Below, one piece after another: positions 20,447 to 30,859 of a DNA stretch of 64,000 nt. The notes below the pieces were generated by a model. The model saw nothing but the letters and a program-made list of their open reading frames with translations, searched no databases and was not told the origin of the DNA. The stretch is from NCBI GenBank assembly GCA_051251855.1, contig JBPOGI010000007.1, positions 64,001 through 128,000 of the forward strand. The letters run 5' to 3'. The DNA is from Roseibacillus sp. Lineage in GTDB: Bacteria; Verrucomicrobiota; Verrucomicrobiia; Verrucomicrobiales; Akkermansiaceae. The position numbers and the translations under genes were made by a program. Position 1 is the first letter of the stretch. Each line of letters begins with the position of its first letter.

Positions 20447-23389
20447 ATGAAGAAAGCACTCCCGCTCATTTTTGCCATCGCCATCCTTGGTGCTGGCTTT
20501 CTCATCGTCTCCCAGAAACAACGAGAAGACCCCGAGGTTTCACCGAACTCTTCCGAAGAAAGGGCCGAAACGGAAACTCAAAAGACTTCCGAAGAGCCTG
20601 AGGAGAGTCCTGCCGAAGCCACCTTCGCGACCGCCCCCCGCGTTCCTTGGCCTCACGAGACCGGTGACATCCCCGCCAACGAGCGTGCCACTTTCGGCTC
20701 TCTCGAAAACGGCCTGCGCTACGTGATCATCCCCAACTCCGAGCCCCCGAAGCGCGTTTCGCTCCGTCTCCACATCGATGCCGGCTCTCTCCACGAAGCC
20801 GACGACCAACAAGGGGTCGCCCACTTCTTGGAGCACATGGTCTTTAACGGTTCCCGCAACTTCCCTGACCCCAAGGACCTCATTCCCCAGATGGAGCGCC
20901 TCGGAATCGCCTTCGGTGCCCACGCGAATGCTTACACTTCCTTCGACGAAACGGTCTACATGTTAGACCTCCCCAACCTCGCCGAGCCAACTCTCCAACT
21001 CGCCTTCACCGTGATGGGCGACTTCGCTGACGGGGCTCTTCTCAAAAGCGAAGAAATCGACAAGGAACGCGGTGTCATTCTTTCCGAGAAAAACTCCCGC
21101 GACTCGGTGCAAACCCGCCTCATGGAACAGCAATTTGAGATGCTCATGCCGGATTCGCTCATCACTCGCCGCTTCCCCATCGGCATTGAGGAAGTCATTA
21201 AAAACGCCGTTCGCGAGCGCTTTGTCAATTTCTACGAGAACTACTACGTTCCTCAAAAAATGACCTTCATCGTCGCCGGTGACATCGAAGTCGCAGCCAT
21301 GGAAGAACGCATCCAGAAGGCCTTCGCCTCCCTGAAAAACCCCGAAACTCCCGGTGCTGACCCCGACTTGGGCTCCATCCCTAGCGGCACCGGATTCCGC
21401 GCCGCCATTTTCTCAGACCCCGAGGTCGCTTCCGACGACCTCTCTCTGCTCCAACTGAATAAGGCCGAAGTGAAATCCGATTCCGTAGCCGTGCGCCTTG
21501 AAAAGCAGCCTCTCTCAGTCGCCCACGCCATGCTCAACCGCCGCTTCTCCATTCTCGCTAAGAAGGAAAATTCCCCTATTCAAAGCGGAAGCGCTTCCAA
21601 GGGCGTCTGGTTCCAAGCGATGGAATACGGTTCCATCGACATCACCGCCGCCGAAGACCGCTGGCAAGACGCCGTTCCTGTTCTTGAGCAAGAATTCCGT
21701 CGCGCTCTCGAATACGGCTTCAACCAATCCGAGTTCGACGAAATCAAAGCGAACCTTCTCAACGCTTACGAACAAGCGGTTGAACGTGAAGCCACTACCC
21801 AATCCCCCAACTTAGCCATGTCCGTCGTGCAAGGCATCAATGACCTCGGAGCGTTCTCCTCTCCTACCGAAAACCTTCGCATCGCTCAACTCGGACTCGA
21901 CAAGCTCACCCCCAAAGCCTGCCACCAAGCCTTCCAAGAGTTCTGGGACACCCCCGACCTTACTCTCGTCCTCACCACTTCCAAGGAAGAGGACGACACC
22001 AAGGACACCCTCCTCTCACTCTACGAACAAAGCAAAGGACAAGAGGTCAAGCAGATGATCGAAGAAGCCACCGCTGACTTTGCCTACACCCAATTCGGAA
22101 CCACAGGCTCCATCGAATCTGAGACCCGCGTCGAAGAACTCGACATCACCCAACTTGTTCTCTCCAACCAAGTGCGCGTCAACCTCAAGCGCACTGAGTT
22201 TGCCAAAAACTCCATCAGCTTAACAGCCCTCTTCGGCAGCGGCAAACAGACCATGCCCAAGGACAAGCCCGGTCTCGACCAACTCGCGGGAGCGCTCCTC
22301 AACGCCGGCGGCCTCGGCCAGCACTCCGAGGACGACCTCCAGCGCATCCTCGCTGGCATCAACGTAGGAGCGGGCTTCGGCATCTCCGATACCGCGCTGA
22401 GCCTTTCCGGCCGCACCACCCCCGACGACCTCGAACGCCAACTCCAGCTCATGTGCGCCTACCTCACCGACCCTGGTTTTCGCCAAGAGGCCATCCGCCA
22501 ATACCAAAAGGCTCTCCCCGACATGTATGACCAACTCAAGCACGACATGAGCGGCGCCCAAGCCAAGATGTCGCAATGGCTTTACAGCGATGACTCCCGC
22601 TTCACCATCCCCCCCCTCGAGCAGGCGCTCAGCTATAGCGAAAAGGACGTGAAGGACTGGCTTCTCCCCCAGATTGACAGTGACTACCTCGAACTCAGCA
22701 TCGTAGGCGACTTCGACCCTGAAGCTCTCAAAGCTGCACTCACCACCACCTTCGGAGCTCTCCCCGTGCGCCAAGCCACTCCTCAAGAATACCCCGAAGC
22801 CCTCACCATCCAATTCCCGTCGACACAACAGGAGAAAGTCTTCACCTACGAATCCAAGATTCCTAAAGCCGCAGCCATGGTCCTTTGGAAGACCCAGGGA
22901 ATGGGCGAAGAAATCTCCAAAGCACGCCGCTTCAACATCGTCGCCGACATTTTGAGCAATCGTATGCGTGAAAAAATCCGCGAAGAACTCGGTGCAACCT
23001 ACTCTCCTCAAGCCGCCTCCCAACCCTCGGATAGCTTCCCTGACTTTGGCTACCTCTTCGGATTCTCCATCGCGAAACCGGAAGACCTCGCCACCATCAA
23101 TGCCATCACTTTGGAACTCGGCGAAACCTTCAGCAAGGAAGGCGCCACCGCCGACGAACTCGAACGCGCCATCAACCCCGTCATCTCCCAGCTTGAACAA
23201 GTCGAAAGAGATAACGGATACTGGCTCGGAACTGTGATGTCTCGTTCCCAGTCAGAGCCCAAGCGTCTCGAGTGGGCCATCCAGCGCAACGACGACTACA
23301 AGTCTATCACCTTGGACGAAGTCAATCAACTCGCCGCCGAATACCTCCAGCCAGCCAATGCGATTCAGGTTGAACTCAAGCCAGAATAA
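20447..23389 (+). CDS. M16 family zinc protease (PqqL-like), N-terminally anchored
   Basis: LENGLRY, AHFLEHMVFNGS (HxxEH), NAYTSFDETVY, KERGVILSE, IREELGATYS. Confidence 0.93.
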   Translation: MKKALPLIFAIAILGAGFLIVSQKQREDPEVSPNSSEERAETETQKTSEEPEESPAEATFATAPRVPWPHETGDIPANERATFGSLENGLRYVIIPNSEPPKRVSLRLHIDAGSLHEADDQQGVAHFLEHMVFNGSRNFPDPKDLIPQMERLGIAFGAHANAYTSFDETVYMLDLPNLAEPTLQLAFTVMGDFADGALLKSEEIDKERGVILSEKNSRDSVQTRLMEQQFEMLMPDSLITRRFPIGIEEVIKNAVRERFVNFYENYYVPQKMTFIVAGDIEVAAMEERIQKAFASLKNPETPGADPDLGSIPSGTGFRAAIFSDPEVASDDLSLLQLNKAEVKSDSVAVRLEKQPLSVAHAMLNRRFSILAKKENSPIQSGSASKGVWFQAMEYGSIDITAAEDRWQDAVPVLEQEFRRALEYGFNQSEFDEIKANLLNAYEQAVEREATTQSPNLAMSVVQGINDLGAFSSPTENLRIAQLGLDKLTPKACHQAFQEFWDTPDLTLVLTTSKEEDDTKDTLLSLYEQSKGQEVKQMIEEATADFAYTQFGTTGSIESETRVEELDITQLVLSNQVRVNLKRTEFAKNSISLTALFGSGKQTMPKDKPGLDQLAGALLNAGGLGQHSEDDLQRILAGINVGAGFGISDTALSLSGRTTPDDLERQLQLMCAYLTDPGFRQEAIRQYQKALPDMYDQLKHDMSGAQAKMSQWLYSDDSRFTIPPLEQALSYSEKDVKDWLLPQIDSDYLELSIVGDFDPEALKAALTTTFGALPVRQATPQEYPEALTIQFPSTQQEKVFTYESKIPKAAAMVLWKTQGMGEEISKARRFNIVADILSNRMREKIREELGATYSPQAASQPSDSFPDFGYLFGFSIAKPEDLATINAITLELGETFSKEGATADELERAINPVISQLEQVERDNGYWLGTVMSRSQSEPKRLEWAIQRNDDYKSITLDEVNQLAAEYLQPANAIQVELKPE

Positions 23390-23403
23390 GTTCTTCAATT
23401 GAC

Positions 23404-23464
23404 CGGAGGGGCGGCTTTTATTGCCGCCCTTTTTGTTACGATGACGACTGAAGTTGTCACTCCC
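23404..23464. repeat. Second copy of composite GGAG-type REP unit
   Basis: CGGAGGGGCGGCTTTTATTGCCGCCC then ATGACGACTGAAGTTGTCACTCC; matches 2175-2264. Confidence 0.7.
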
Positions 23465-23520
23465 AGATTATCGAACCGTCAAGGAGGGGCAGCTTCGGTC
23501 GTCTAGTGCTGCAATCTTCA

Positions 23521-23601
23521 CGTAGCCGCTTTGGTGACAAAGCGGGCTGAACACTCCTTCTCGAGGCTCTCACCGCCCGAATTGTCACCAAATCAGCTAC
23601 G
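23521..23601. repeat. GTAG-type REP inverted doublet
   Basis: CGTAGCCGCTTTGGTGACAAAGCGGGC ... GCCCGAATTGTCACCAAATCAGCTACG (27-bp imperfect inverted repeat). Confidence 0.7.
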
Positions 23602-23680
23602 ATAAAAGCAGATCAAGAAATCTGAAAAACAACACCGACTCGCGCGATAAAATGAGCAGCGAAATCGAAAAAAGAGAAAA

Positions 23681-23756
23681 TGGAGCCGGCTAACGGATTC
23701 GAACCGTTGACCTACTGATTACAAATCAGTTGCTCTACCAACTGAGCTAAGCCGGC
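23681..23756 (-). tRNA. tRNA-Thr(TGT)
   Basis: GCCGGCTTAGCTCAGTTGGTAGAGCAACTGATT-TGT-AATCAGTAGGTCAACGGTTCGAATCCGTTAGCCGGCTCCA. Confidence 0.97.
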
Positions 23757-23899
23757 CATTCCCTTACGGGAATTCTCTTTCGAGGGCGCGGAGTATGCCT
23801 TTTCTCCCCTTCCACGCAAGACCAAAGAGAATCCAATTTGGCATTTTTCCGCCCGCACTCCTGACTCCGTTCTCGATAAATCCAGTCTCCCCAATTCAG

Positions 23900-24388
23900 C
23901 TAGTGAAAAGGAAACGAGCCCACACTCTTGGAGCCATCAGGTTTTTCGATCTCCAGCCACCACTGGCCACCTTCAGGGAGCGGATCCGGGGCTACCAAAT
24001 GAACATCGTAGTCATCATGTCCGGAAGCCCAGACGCCCTTGCCCACCGACGAAAGAGTACGGTCCTCGGTGCCAATCCAAGCTCGAAGCACGGTCGCTCC
24101 GCTATCATTATAGGGCAGTTTAATCACAAGGTGGCCTTCTTTCCCTGCTTCCACGACACCGTGCATTTGCGCGGCCTCAACAGTAGTCTCACCAATCGTC
24201 ACCTCGCCAATCGGCATTTCCTCTCCGTGATCATGGTCATGGGGATCTTCTTCCTTGGCAGCGGACTCTTCATGGCCCTCGCCTTCCGCATGGTCGTGAC
24301 CCGCATGAGGATCCGTGCTTGCGGGCTTACAACTCACGAGAAGAGCAGCGGTCATCATTATGGGAGCTAGGGCAGTGGTGGCTTTCAT
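23900..24388 (-). CDS. His-rich lipoprotein, probable metal-binding accessory of RND pump
   Basis: Lipobox LVSC; HAGHDHAEGEGH...HDHDH; overlaps the RND permease stop. Confidence 0.75.
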   Translation of the reverse strand: MKATTALAPIMMTAALLVSCKPASTDPHAGHDHAEGEGHEESAAKEEDPHDHDHGEEMPIGEVTIGETTVEAAQMHGVVEAGKEGHLVIKLPYNDSGATVLRAWIGTEDRTLSSVGKGVWASGHDDYDVHLVAPDPLPEGGQWWLEIEKPDGSKSVGSFPFH

Positions 24389-27300
24389 TTCGTTTTTCTT
24401 TCTTTTGTGTTGGTTTGAGATTTTTTTCCAGAGACTCGGTGGATGGCAGCATAACCTGCCGGCACTACAATCAAATTGAGGAAGGTGGACGACAGCAATC
24501 CTCCCAGAATGACCACTGAAAGAGGAGCGAGAATTTCGTTCCCCGGCTTGTCCCCTTTCAGGACGATGGGCACGACGGCCAGCGCAGCAGTGAGCGCCGT
24601 CATCAAAATCGGGATCAGACGCTCGCTGGAACCCTGAACAATCGCCTCATACATCGTCTTCCCCTCATGCGCCACCAGATGCTGATAATGATTGACTAAG
24701 AGAATTCCGTTGCGCACCGCGATTCCAAACAAAGTGATAAACCCAACCATACTGGCAATCGAAATCACTGGGGCAGTGTAATGCCCCCCTTGCCCAAAGA
24801 GCGCCATGATATTGCTCAACAATCCTGGTGACTCAGCCAAGAAGATGGCAACCACTCCTCCGATGAGCGCCAAAGGCAGATTCACCAAAACAAGCAGCGC
24901 CACTCGAAACGATCCCACCGCAAGTTGCAGCAGGAAAATCATAATAAACACCACCAGCCCGCTATAGATAAAGATGGTGCGACTCGCCGACTGCTGAGCC
25001 TCGAACTGCCCTCCGTAGCTGACGGTGAAACCATACTTTCCCACAATGGGATCCACGCGCTCGCGGACCTCACCCACCAAATGCCCTAGATTGTAACCTT
25101 CTTCCACGTTTAAGGTGATGACCGCCTTGCGCTGGGCATTCTCCCGCGCGATGAGATTGGACGTCATCTCCGGGCCGATGTCCGCCACCTCATGCAGGCG
25201 AACCAAAGCACCCCCCTGCCCGCGCAGAATCAGGTTTTCGAGGTCGCACACTTCGTCCCGCTCCGATTCATCGAGCCTCACCGCCAACTGATAGCGTTTG
25301 GTTCCTTCGTTAATCTCCGCCACCGTAATGCCAAAGACCGCATCGCGCACTTGTTGCGAAGCCGACTGGGGAGTGAGACCGTAGGCTGCTAAATCGGCAG
25401 GACGATAAATCACCGGCAACGACTGAATGAGAACCTCCCGACTCGCCGCAACATCCCGCGTCCCCGGGAGAGGCTTGAGCACGCCTTCAATCTCTTTCGC
25501 AATGATGCGCAGGGTGTCCAAGTCCTCGCCATAAACACTGATCGCAATTGCAGCTGGCGTCCCCGAGAGAATGTGGCTCAAGCGATGCTCGATGGGTTGC
25601 CCAATATTGGTCGTGATCCCGGGAACGCTCTCTAACACCTGACTCATCTCTTGGCGCACTTTCTCCTGCGAAAACCCTTCCCGCACAGTCACCTCGATAT
25701 CAGAATTACTCACCGGCTCAGCGTGCTCATCGCGCTCCGCTCGACCAGTCCGGCGAGTCACACTCTTCACTCCTTCAATCGCTAGCAGCTGTTTCTCGAC
25801 TCCACGAGCCATACGGTCACTCGCTTGCAGAGAAGTTCCCGGTGGCGCGAAAAGCCCCACCAAAAAGGTGCCTTCATTAAATTCAGGCAAAAACGAAGTC
25901 CCAAAAGTCGACCCCAACCAAGCCGCCATCCCGGTCGCCACCATCGCAGTAACCAAGACCAGCGCCTTGAACCGAACGGCTAGCCGCACCAACGGAGTGT
26001 AGAGCTTTTTCAAAGACCGAACCAAGAAAGGCTCACTCTTTTCCTTCGTTTTTTTCTGCCCATGCATCAAGTAGCGACACATGGCAGGCGTGACCGTGAG
26101 CGCCACCGCCAGCGAGGCGATAATGGAAACTCCAAACGCGATCCCCAGCGGACGGAAGAAGCGTCCTTCGATTCCCCCTAAAAACATGAGCGGTAAAAAG
26201 GCGAGCACGATGATGAGGGTAGCAAAGACCATCGCCGGTCGAATCTCATTACTGGCATCCAGAATCACGGTCAGTCGTGGCCGCTGCTCAGAGTCGGGCT
26301 TGGCCGCATTCTCATTGAGCCGTCGAAAGACGTTTTCAACATCGATGATGGCATCGTCGACGAGACTCCCCACTGCAATCGCAAGCCCGCCAAGCGTCAT
26401 GACGTTGACCGACATTTGCATCCATTCAAAAACTAACAACCCCACCGCCAACGAAAGAGGAATTGCGATAAGGGTGATGATGGTGGTGCGTACGTTGAGA
26501 AGAAACAGAATCAAAATCACCGCCACAATGATGGCCGCGTCGCGCAGGGCATGGACCACGTTTTCGACCGAGCGCTCGATGAACTCCGCTTGCCGAAAGA
26601 CATCGCGATTGATTTCCAATCCCTCCGGAAGAGACGACGCCAACTCATCGAGCATCACATCCACCGTCTCCGTCACCGCCAGAGTGTTGGTCCCGGGAGC
26701 CTTTTGCACTGTTAAGACCACCGCAGCCCTTCCCCCATCCGCTCCCGTTCCCCGCACCGGAGCTGGCGCGATACGAACGTCGGCCACTTGACTGATCGGA
26801 ACCGGAAAGTTGTCGTGATATTTGATAATCGTCCCCGCAACATCTTCCACTGACCGAACCCGACCCGTTTGCCGAATCGGAAGCTCCAGCGAGTCCACGT
26901 TCATCAAATAGCCTGCACTCAGCGTGCTATGCGAAGCCCCCGCCGCCTCCGCCACATCGGCCAAAGTCAAGTCGTAGAGTCTCAAGTCATCCTGCCTCAC
27001 ACTGACCTGATACTCCGGCAGCTCACCTCCAATGACTGACACCTGCGAGACCCCGGGAATAGCGAGCAGACGATTGCGCAAATCGAATTCAGCAAAGGAT
27101 CGAATCTCCATCTGACTCATCTCCCCCGCGGGTGAAGTCAGTGCCAGCAACATGATCTCCCCCGTGATGGAGGTGATGGGCGTCATCTCGGCATGAGCAT
27201 CGGGAGGCAACACCTCGCGCACCGCGTCCAGCCGTTCCGAGACCATCTGCCGAGCGGTAAAGATTTCCATATCCCAATCAAATTCGACGTAGGCAATGGA

Positions 27301-27570
27301 GAGACCAATCGCGCTCGAGGTCCGAACCCGTCGCACCCCCGGTATCCCATTCACCGCCGTCTCGATCGGAAAAGTCACGTATTGCTCGACCTCATCAGCG
27401 GCAAGGCCAGGTGACTCGGTCATGATCACCACCGTGGGCGCATTGAGTTCCGGAAAGACATCTACCGGAATGTGCTGCAAGCGGGCCAAAACAAAGGCCA
27501 GGAGCACCCCAGCCAGCACCAGCACCAGCGCGGCGTGATGGAGGGAAAATTGAATCAGTTTGCTCAGCAT
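24385..27570 (-). CDS. Heavy-metal efflux RND permease (CusA/CzcA family)
   Basis: PVDVFPEL, LGGLAIAVGSLVDDAIIDVEN, EGRFFRPL, RLIPILMTA. Confidence 0.95.
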   Translation of the reverse strand: MLSKLIQFSLHHAALVLVLAGVLLAFVLARLQHIPVDVFPELNAPTVVIMTESPGLAADEVEQYVTFPIETAVNGIPGVRRVRTSSAIGLSIAYVEFDWDMEIFTARQMVSERLDAVREVLPPDAHAEMTPITSITGEIMLLALTSPAGEMSQMEIRSFAEFDLRNRLLAIPGVSQVSVIGGELPEYQVSVRQDDLRLYDLTLADVAEAAGASHSTLSAGYLMNVDSLELPIRQTGRVRSVEDVAGTIIKYHDNFPVPISQVADVRIAPAPVRGTGADGGRAAVVLTVQKAPGTNTLAVTETVDVMLDELASSLPEGLEINRDVFRQAEFIERSVENVVHALRDAAIIVAVILILFLLNVRTTIITLIAIPLSLAVGLLVFEWMQMSVNVMTLGGLAIAVGSLVDDAIIDVENVFRRLNENAAKPDSEQRPRLTVILDASNEIRPAMVFATLIIVLAFLPLMFLGGIEGRFFRPLGIAFGVSIIASLAVALTVTPAMCRYLMHGQKKTKEKSEPFLVRSLKKLYTPLVRLAVRFKALVLVTAMVATGMAAWLGSTFGTSFLPEFNEGTFLVGLFAPPGTSLQASDRMARGVEKQLLAIEGVKSVTRRTGRAERDEHAEPVSNSDIEVTVREGFSQEKVRQEMSQVLESVPGITTNIGQPIEHRLSHILSGTPAAIAISVYGEDLDTLRIIAKEIEGVLKPLPGTRDVAASREVLIQSLPVIYRPADLAAYGLTPQSASQQVRDAVFGITVAEINEGTKRYQLAVRLDESERDEVCDLENLILRGQGGALVRLHEVADIGPEMTSNLIARENAQRKAVITLNVEEGYNLGHLVGEVRERVDPIVGKYGFTVSYGGQFEAQQSASRTIFIYSGLVVFIMIFLLQLAVGSFRVALLVLVNLPLALIGGVVAIFLAESPGLLSNIMALFGQGGHYTAPVISIASMVGFITLFGIAVRNGILLVNHYQHLVAHEGKTMYEAIVQGSSERLIPILMTALTAALAVVPIVLKGDKPGNEILAPLSVVILGGLLSSTFLNLIVVPAGYAAIHRVSGKKSQTNTKERKTK

Positions 27571-27582
27571 GGTGGTATCGAA

Positions 27583-28839
27583 TTATTCCGCGTGAAAGGT
27601 TCCATCGGCATGAAAGTGCCCCCCTTTTTGGCTACTACCAGATTGTGAGGTCGCCAACTTCAACTCATAAGCACCATCGAAAACCACTTCATCCTGAGGG
27701 CCGAGACCGCTCTTCACTTCCACCCAACGACCATCATCAACACCCAGGTCGGCTTCCACTCGAATGGCCTTGTTAGCGTTCAGGGGATCCCTTTGGAAAA
27801 AGACATGCGTGATGCCATCCTTGACCACCGCCGAGCGCGGAATCGCCAACACCACCCCCTCGGTGGACTCAGTGGCCACTTCCAGAAAGGCGGAGACTCC
27901 TGCCTTGGCCCAAGGAGCGGTCTCGGTTGGGATAGCGTAGATAGTGGTGGTCCGAGTAGCGGGGTCGGAGCTCAGCCCGAGAGTGAGACTGGCTTCGAGA
28001 GACTCATTGATACTCGCCCCCCGAGCCTGCGGAGGAACGATTCGAACCAGTTGACCCTGTTCAAAGAGCGGCAAGTCACTTTGCAAGGCCAGCGCTCGGA
28101 AACGAATCATCTGTGGGTCAATGGTAGTCAGAAGCAAATCCCCCTCTGGAACAAAAGCGCCATTGGTGACTGCGAGCGACTGCACCACCGCAGCGCGAGT
28201 TGCTCGAATCTCGATCCAATCATCGTTCGAACTCCCCACATCGCCTTCTCCAGGCTTGGATGAACTCTGAAAACTCTCGAACTGCGAAGCCGCCTTCTGC
28301 GCCACCCTCAACTCGGCTTCTTGCCGAGATACCTCTGCGGCGAGAGCGCCGACTTCAGCTTCCAATTCTGCCCGCTTGAATCCTGCTGCCTGCAACTTCC
28401 GGAGCCGTTCGGCACTCGATTGCGCCTTCGCCTTCGTCTCCAGCAGAGCGGCCTGAGCCAGCTCAATCTTCGCCTGCAACTGCAGCCCTGCCGTCGAACG
28501 GAAGCGATAAAGAACGGCCCCTTCCTGAACGACATCGAACTGACCGACCCGGAACTCTACCGTGCCCGGGAGCATGGCGCGAAACTCCTGACTCGCCCGC
28601 GGCTGGAGCTCAAAGGAACCCGGAACCCGAATCGTGGTCGCCACCTCGCGACGCTCTACTTTGGCAAAAGTAATGCCGAGATTGCTTCGCACCAAAGCCG
28701 GGATTTCTACCCGATTGGTCGGGGTCTCAGCCTCACCCTCGTCATGATGATCTTCATGCGCAGGCTCGCTCGGTCCCTCACACCCCATCAGCAAAAGAAG
28801 AAGGGCAAAGAGAGGAATAAATTTTCGAATTCTGTTCAT
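27583..28839 (-). CDS. RND membrane-fusion (periplasmic adaptor) lipoprotein
   Basis: Lipobox LMGC, His-rich N-terminus, LAIPRSAVV, VEVKSGL, C-terminal GHFHADGTFH. Confidence 0.9.
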   Translation of the reverse strand: MNRIRKFIPLFALLLLLMGCEGPSEPAHEDHHDEGEAETPTNRVEIPALVRSNLGITFAKVERREVATTIRVPGSFELQPRASQEFRAMLPGTVEFRVGQFDVVQEGAVLYRFRSTAGLQLQAKIELAQAALLETKAKAQSSAERLRKLQAAGFKRAELEAEVGALAAEVSRQEAELRVAQKAASQFESFQSSSKPGEGDVGSSNDDWIEIRATRAAVVQSLAVTNGAFVPEGDLLLTTIDPQMIRFRALALQSDLPLFEQGQLVRIVPPQARGASINESLEASLTLGLSSDPATRTTTIYAIPTETAPWAKAGVSAFLEVATESTEGVVLAIPRSAVVKDGITHVFFQRDPLNANKAIRVEADLGVDDGRWVEVKSGLGPQDEVVFDGAYELKLATSQSGSSQKGGHFHADGTFHAE

Positions 28840-28863
28840 TTTTTAAAAAGTGGGTGGGTAATT

Positions 28864-30231
28864 CTAGAGCCCTTGGAGCAGGCGATACTCGGTCTGAACC
28901 TGAGCGAGGTCCCGGTGTATTGAGATGAGATCGAGTTTCACTTCATGCGCTCGCACAAGGCTTTCTAACAAAACCAAACTACTCCCCTCGCCCAGCGCAA
29001 CGAGATTCCAAGCATCCCCAATCTGCCGGTCAACGAGCGGCACCAAGGTCTGCTCGAGGTTGGATCGACGAGCCTTGATTCCTCTCGCTTTTGCATTCAG
29101 CGAAGCAAGGCGACCGACCATGCGTTCGTATCCGGTTTCGTAGGCAGCGCGGGCCAGCTCACGTTCGGCGCGAGCAGTGGCAATGCCTCCTTTGTTCGAA
29201 TTGAGAATCGGAACAGGAATCCCTGACAGGAGACCGATTCGGGACTGCCCTTCTTCCCGCTCAAGCGCGGGACCAATGGTGAGGTCGGGATACTGTTTAC
29301 GAATTTCGCGCAGCAGGGTCTTTTCCGCCACTTCATACTCTGCCGAAAGACGAAGCATCGTGGGGTGCGAGTCACTGGGCTTTCCGCTCTCGCAAGAGTC
29401 TTCAAAAGAAGCAGAGGGCACCAGCTCAACCTGAGCCCCAGGGGAAAGCCCCATCAGCGCTCGCAGATTCTGCCCACTTTCCTCTAGCTCTCCTTGCAAT
29501 CGCGCCAGCTCTCCACGGCGTTGCTCTTGCTCGATATGAAAGAGCTTTGACTCGGTTTGAGGCATTTCCCCCACCTCGGCCAGCTTCGAAGTACCCACCA
29601 CAATCGGTTCGAGCTGGGCCATGAGGCCTTTCGTTTCTTCGAGTTCGAGCCCTACTGCCGTCCATCGCAACCATTCTTCGCGGAGGTCATGGAGAACCTT
29701 TTGCTCCGTCTCCGCAATCTTGGCGAGCTCCGCTTGGGAAACCGCTTTCGCCCGAGACCGCTCAACCTCCAAACGGCCAGAAACTGGCAATGTTAAGGAG
29801 AGCGAGGAGCTCAAAAGCCAAGGACTCGGCACGCTCTCGGTGACTCGCAGAACATCGAAGCCCAACTGCGGGTCGTCCCAAAGACCCGCGTGCTCAGCAG
29901 TGGCGAGAGCCACTCCCGCATGTGCACGCGCCAATCGCAAATCAGGATGATAGAGCAAAGCAACGGTCTCCCCTTCAGCGAGAGAGAGACCGTTTCCGGA
30001 ATCAAATTTCCCGCCACGCGACGAGCCTTTGGAGAGCTTTCTCGCGAAAGAGCGAACGTCCTCATTGGAAGAAGAGCGGGCTCGCCAAGACTCAGCATGA
30101 GAGGCCAAGTCGAGAGGCTGCGACTGATAACTTTGGCATCCTGTTAGGACAACCATCGCCAGCGCGCACCCAAGAACATTGGCGGCGTAAAATTGATTTT
30201 TGAACAAGAAGAGATTGGGAACCGATTGCAT
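28864..30231 (-). CDS. TolC/CzcC-family outer-membrane efflux protein
   Basis: Lipobox LTGC, HPDLRLARA, QYPDLTIGP, PVPILNSNKG; start uncertain. Confidence 0.85.
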   Translation of the reverse strand: MQSVPNLFLFKNQFYAANVLGCALAMVVLTGCQSYQSQPLDLASHAESWRARSSSNEDVRSFARKLSKGSSRGGKFDSGNGLSLAEGETVALLYHPDLRLARAHAGVALATAEHAGLWDDPQLGFDVLRVTESVPSPWLLSSSLSLTLPVSGRLEVERSRAKAVSQAELAKIAETEQKVLHDLREEWLRWTAVGLELEETKGLMAQLEPIVVGTSKLAEVGEMPQTESKLFHIEQEQRRGELARLQGELEESGQNLRALMGLSPGAQVELVPSASFEDSCESGKPSDSHPTMLRLSAEYEVAEKTLLREIRKQYPDLTIGPALEREEGQSRIGLLSGIPVPILNSNKGGIATARAERELARAAYETGYERMVGRLASLNAKARGIKARRSNLEQTLVPLVDRQIGDAWNLVALGEGSSLVLLESLVRAHEVKLDLISIHRDLAQVQTEYRLLQGL

Positions 30232-30427
30232 AAGCGAGATGCGGGAAAACAGATAGAACCTGAAAAAAATAGACTCATCGATGGCACTGTCCCCATTCAC
30301 TAGGGATGAGAATAACCAAAAACTCTTGAGAAGATTTCGTACACCTTCCGCAGATCGAATTGAGTCAATGAATCACGGAAAGAGAATGGCTCAACGAAAT
30401 CGTGAGGCCTTCTTTCCGAATAAGTTT

Positions 30428-30859
30428 TCAAGCCTGTTGAGGCGGCTTGGTAATCTCGAGATAAGGTTCCTCGGGAGAGGGCTCGCACTTCGAATGAATA
30501 CGACCCTCGGGCTTGGAGTCAGGCCGAAGAGCGAAAGGTTCCGATACTGGCTGGGCAAAGTCCAGGTTCAGCGTGATGACGTGGTGATGAGGTGCAGGCT
30601 CGTTTCCTGAGGGCGAATCCGGCTTTTCGCTCGGGGTGTCCTTCGAATCAGAATGAACGTCGTGTGAATGAGAATGGCCGTGATGACAGTCATCCGAGTG
30701 ATGCGTAGAGTGAAACTCTTCCCCGGGGAAATAGTGACAAGGCTCCCCTTCGAAAGCATGAGTATGCTCGATTTCAATACCCACTGACCCGAAGACGTAC
30801 ACGGGCGCGAAGCAGGAGAGCACCAGCAACGCAACCAGCCTTCTCATTAGGGTCGTCAT
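30428..30859 (-). CDS. Exported His-rich small protein upstream of efflux operon
   Basis: Hydrophobic signal; HSTHHSDDCHHGHSHSHDVH, PHHHV; C-terminal KPPQQA. Confidence 0.7.
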   Translation of the reverse strand: MTTLMRRLVALLVLSCFAPVYVFGSVGIEIEHTHAFEGEPCHYFPGEEFHSTHHSDDCHHGHSHSHDVHSDSKDTPSEKPDSPSGNEPAPHHHVITLNLDFAQPVSEPFALRPDSKPEGRIHSKCEPSPEEPYLEITKPPQQA

